A stretch of DNA of 64,000 bases from Gekko japonicus (lineage: Eukaryota): contig NW_015172014.1 in assembly GCF_001447785.1 (NCBI RefSeq), positions 1,130,632-1,194,631 on the forward strand. The letters run 5' to 3'. The number at the start of each line of letters is the position of its first letter. Position 1 is the first letter of the stretch. Below the pieces are notes generated by a model, which worked only from the letters and a program-made list of their open reading frames with translations, had not been told where the DNA came from and did no database searches. The translations under genes and the position numbers were made by a program. This document shows positions 60,381 to 64,000 of this stretch, in pieces.

Positions 60381-61666
60381 TCACAGAATCATAGTGTTGG
60401 AAGGGGTCATACAGACCATCTAGTCTAAACCCCTGCCCAATGCAGGTCCAGTCTAAAGCATCTCTGACAAATATTCATCCAGTCATTGCAAAGGAGTTCG
60501 GGGGAGTGGGGGGGGGGGGGTGTGTTTGTCAATCAACCATTAGTTTCCATGAACATGCAAAGAAGTCTTGCGCTGGGACAGCAAGTCCTTACCCGTAATT
60601 TCTGGTGTGCATTCAGACAATTCACAGCCACACAAAGTGATAACAGCCACTGCTTTGATGGCTTTTACAGTAATTTGATAAAGTCATGAAGGAGGAGAGG
60701 ACTATTAATGGTTCTCAGCCACCATGACCAAGTAGAACCTCCATGTACAGAGGCAGTCTACATCTACAGTTTACACCTGCTATGAGGACAAAAGGCGGGG
60801 TAAGGCTGTTGCTGGCATGCCTTGCTTCTGGGTTTCCTGGAAAGATCTGGCTGTCCTCTGTTAGAAACAGGATACAGGGCTAGAAGGATTTTGGGTCCAA
60901 TCCAGCAGGGCTGGACCTCAGCAGCAGCTACTAACCATCACAACTGAGGCACTGGAATAAAAAAAATTATAAAGCATCATCCCCAAAAAGGGTCCAGCTT
61001 TATTTTTGCTCCCCTTGAAACTGCTTCTTCCTGAAGTTGCCCTTGTAATTTGGTGAGACTGGATCCTGTGACACCAGAAGGTGAAAATGAGGGCAAAGCT
61101 CACCAAAGGTTGTGTGAGCAGGGTGGACTGGAACCCAGGGACACTCCTAGACCCATTTGATTCCATACTTCCTCCTAAAAGCCCAGGGCAGCACACATTT
61201 CCACTTCTCCAACAGGGCCAGTTCTTTGGCCAAGGCACCCCAGCGACCACTTGGAACGACACTAGCACATCGACAGGGTCTGGACATGCTCTCTACCATT
61301 GGCGCCGTGGGAGATGACCCACGTGGCCTGCAGCAGTGGCGACTGGGGCCCCAGTGACACCGGCTAAGGCTCGGACCTGGCCAGGGCCACTGTGCTTGGG
61401 GCGACAACAGGCCTTGAAGCTGCCCTGCCACTCACCCCATTTCATCCTCACAACCAATCCGCAAGACGGATGATCTGAAGGACCATCGTCTCCCATACAT
61501 TGCTGCCCTGAAATTGAGGTAACAGGGTGGGGCCCAGGGTGATGGTCCCACCAATCAAAGCAGTAGGAAAGAGCCAGAGTCCAGTGGCACCTGAAAGACT
61601 AACAAAATTTGTAGTGGGGTAGGAACTTTCCTGAGTCACTGCTCACTTCTTCAGATACCTTCGGTG

Positions 61667-61872
61667 CAATGTTCCCTCTAAGCTGTAGAGTCTTGTGAGC
61701 AAAAATTCTACTTTGTGAGCTACTGGCATTAAAGTTGTGAGCCAGCGATTTGGTTACTGCATCAATTAGTTTGCTCTGGAGCCATCCTTCCTGAGCTAAG
61801 ACAAAAAGGTGTGAGCCGGAGGTTAAAAAACTGTGAGCTAGCTCACACTAACTCAGCTTAGAGGGAACACTG
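61667..61872 (-). mobile_element. hAT MITE family A, copy 13
   Basis: TIRs intact; flanks share TTCGGTG. Confidence 0.88.
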
Positions 61873-62199
61873 CGTTCGGTGTCATAAGAGCGCCTCCCCT
61901 GCCGCCAATGTTGTTAGTATTGAAGGTGCTCCTGGGACTCTGGCTCTTTTCTACTGCTACAGACGGACCGACACGGCGACCCAGTCTTGATCCAGCAACC
62001 AAAGAAGCTTGTTTAGTGGCCACATGAGAGAGGAGGGCCTTTTTGGTCCCAGCGCCCACGGTTAGGGTGCCAGCTTCACAGGTGCGCCTGGCCCCCCTCA
62101 CTTTCCACCATTAGCAGGCAGCCGAAGACAATTTTATTGTAAGCCTCCTCGGGCTCCATAAGGAAGGTGACTAACAAAAGTTTAAAATAAAATCAGGAT

Positions 62200-63800
62200 T
62201 AGCGCAGGGGACTGATCTGAGTTTGCCCAGTGAGCTTTGTAGCGGAGGGAGGCCCAGGGTCCGCAGTCCCTGCCTGATGCGCCATCCTCCCCCCCCAACT
62301 CGGAGCGCTAGACCCTCCTCTCTCCAGGGTCCCACGACTCCCAGGATGGCTGTGCCAGCTAGAGCTGGACGGTTCCACTTCCTAATTAGACTCTCCAAAG
62401 GCTCCACAGAGTCACACTCCCCCCCCCCCAATCTCTGGCTCTCTCTCCTCTTTTGCGTCAATGTCTCTATCAATTTACCCAAGTAGCGATGAATCCATTT
62501 TCTCCGCCGCTGCTCTTTTCTGTGGGAGAGGAGGCGGACCGCCAGCATTGCCGCCGCATTCTTTCTCCCCCTTTTGCAAAGACCCCCCCCTTCCTTACCC
62601 AAGCCCCTCGTATCTCCAAACAGTGCCCCTCCTGCTTGGCACCGGATGGTGCGGGGTGGGTGGGGGGGCGTTATGTCTTCGCTGGTGCAGCTCGCTTGAA
62701 TTTGGGTGTTGCAGGAAAAGACACTGTGTTTTTTCTCTCCCTCCCCTCCTAGCTGTGAGAAGCCGTGGATCCAACGGAAATCCGTGCTTTCCCATGCCGG
62801 ATACACCGCTTGCAGCAAGGGCACTCTCTGGCTGCTGGGGGGTGGGGGGGTGGAATGGGATCCGATGCTTGCGGCGGCGGCAGCAGCAGCAGGGGTGGGA
62901 GAAGAATCCTTCAATGTGGGGGGGGGAGGGGGAGGAAGAGCTCTTGCCTCCCGCAAACCGAGAAGGAGCCTTGTGACTCCAGGATCCAGCGGCACGTAAG
63001 TGGCTTTCTTTTGTTACCAAAACCCCCTTTCCAGGCGGGGAGAAAACGGAAGCGTAACCAGGACAAGTTTCGGGGGAGGGGAGGGAAAGGCTATCAGATT
63101 ATATTGTCTGGGCTAGTAGTAGCCATCGGGGTGCCTGTCCCCGGGGAACTCATTCGGCTGGGGAGGGAAGGGAGATTTCGGGGTGGGGGATTTAGTGGGG
63201 AAAGGGGACCACTGCGAAATCCACGAGCCATGCGTCAAACACATCCATCGCTCTCTCTCTCTCTCCCCCCCCCCCTTTCCTTTCTCTATCGCATGCACCG
63301 AACCGTAACCCTGAGTTCAGAAGAGCCAGTGGCTTTGCCCCGGGAGGGTGGCATCATTGTTACAGAGAGGGACGTGTCTCCGAGACCTCTTTGGGGCTTG
63401 AGTTCGCATTCGGAATCTTTTCGATTCATTTGTTTCGCCACAGTTTTTGACTGCAGACAGACAGAGAGAAAGATGGTCGGTTGGCACAGGAGGGGGACTG
63501 CTGAGAGGCAGCGCACGGCAGACAGAAATCCTGCGACGACGCATTCCTGAGGAAGCCTGGCCGTGAATGCATCGGAGCAAAGCAGACCCCCCCCCCCGCC
63601 TGCGCGCTCCTGCTTCCAAGAGCCTCCTCTTCAGCCCCAGCTCATCCTTTGCTCTTGAGTAAGCTGCTTGGGAGAGGGCGGCGGCAGTGACGCATACACG
63701 GCTGGGATCCTTCACATCCTCCTGAGGAAAGATCCCACTGGGGACAGAGCAGACCGAAAAGGGTTCAGCGGAAAACCTGGGCTGGGGGGGGGGGAGTCTT
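62200..63800 (+). promoter_or_regulatory. GC-rich region with a probable first exon of an unidentified gene, donor at 62996
   Basis: Repeat-free, CpG-enriched, (GCG/GCA)n leader, consensus donor CAC|GTAAGT. Confidence 0.45.
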
Positions 63801-64000
63801 GGGCTAGGAGGCTTGTCAGGTCAGCAGACCTAAAACTACATCACCAGTGTTGATAACTGACGTTGCCTCGGTTCTATTGCAAAGCCGGTGTGTTTGTTTT
63901 TTAAGTGACTATGGGCATGCTTCGAGGAGAAGTTCCCCTGCTCCCATCTAAGTGGAATGAGCAGGATCTCCCAGTTTTTCCAGTGGGGCTTGTGCCGGAG

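Noticed and set aside
60960-61510. Possible minus-strand exon (61436-61508) with AATAAA near 61000
   Set aside because: No recognisable protein, partly SINE-core-like, and such signals are expected by chance.
1-64000. CRISPR array, operon or other prokaryotic system
   Set aside because: Spliced vertebrate genes and dispersed transposons; no regularly spaced repeat-spacer structure.

Overview
Vertebrate genomic DNA, almost certainly a squamate reptile (Sauria SINEs, Squam3-type SINEs, BovB, CR1; a gecko is my guess). Three genes could be reconstructed exon by exon. PPP1R35 (+) has 4 coding exons, 10426-14603, about 269 aa. MEPCE (-) has 4 coding exons, 21817-16329, 643 aa, and encodes the 7SK snRNA methylphosphate capping enzyme. 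ZCWPW1 (+) has about 17 coding exons, 29148-55240, about 637 aa, and encodes the meiotic zf-CW/PWWP histone reader. Order and orientation match human 7q22.1. There are CpG-rich promoters at about 9.6-10.1, 21.8-22.3, 22.7-22.9 and 25.1-25.5 kb, and a probable first exon of an unidentified gene at about 62.7-63.0 kb. The rest is dense, often nested transposon sequence: 13 copies of one ~200-bp hAT MITE with 8-bp TSDs, other hATs, a 753-bp solo LTR, 5S rRNA-derived SINEs with TSDs, palindromic Penelope-like elements with decayed hammerhead ribozyme cores, and BovB/RTE, CR1 and L2 fragments. Three N gaps are present. I found no convincing new multi-gene system. The best leads are the 5S-SINE family, the hammerhead-bearing palindromes, an internally primed SINE insertion, an apparently uncoupled ZCWPW1 promoter and an intact ZCWPW1 in a lizard. 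Family names and human comparisons come from recall, not database searches.
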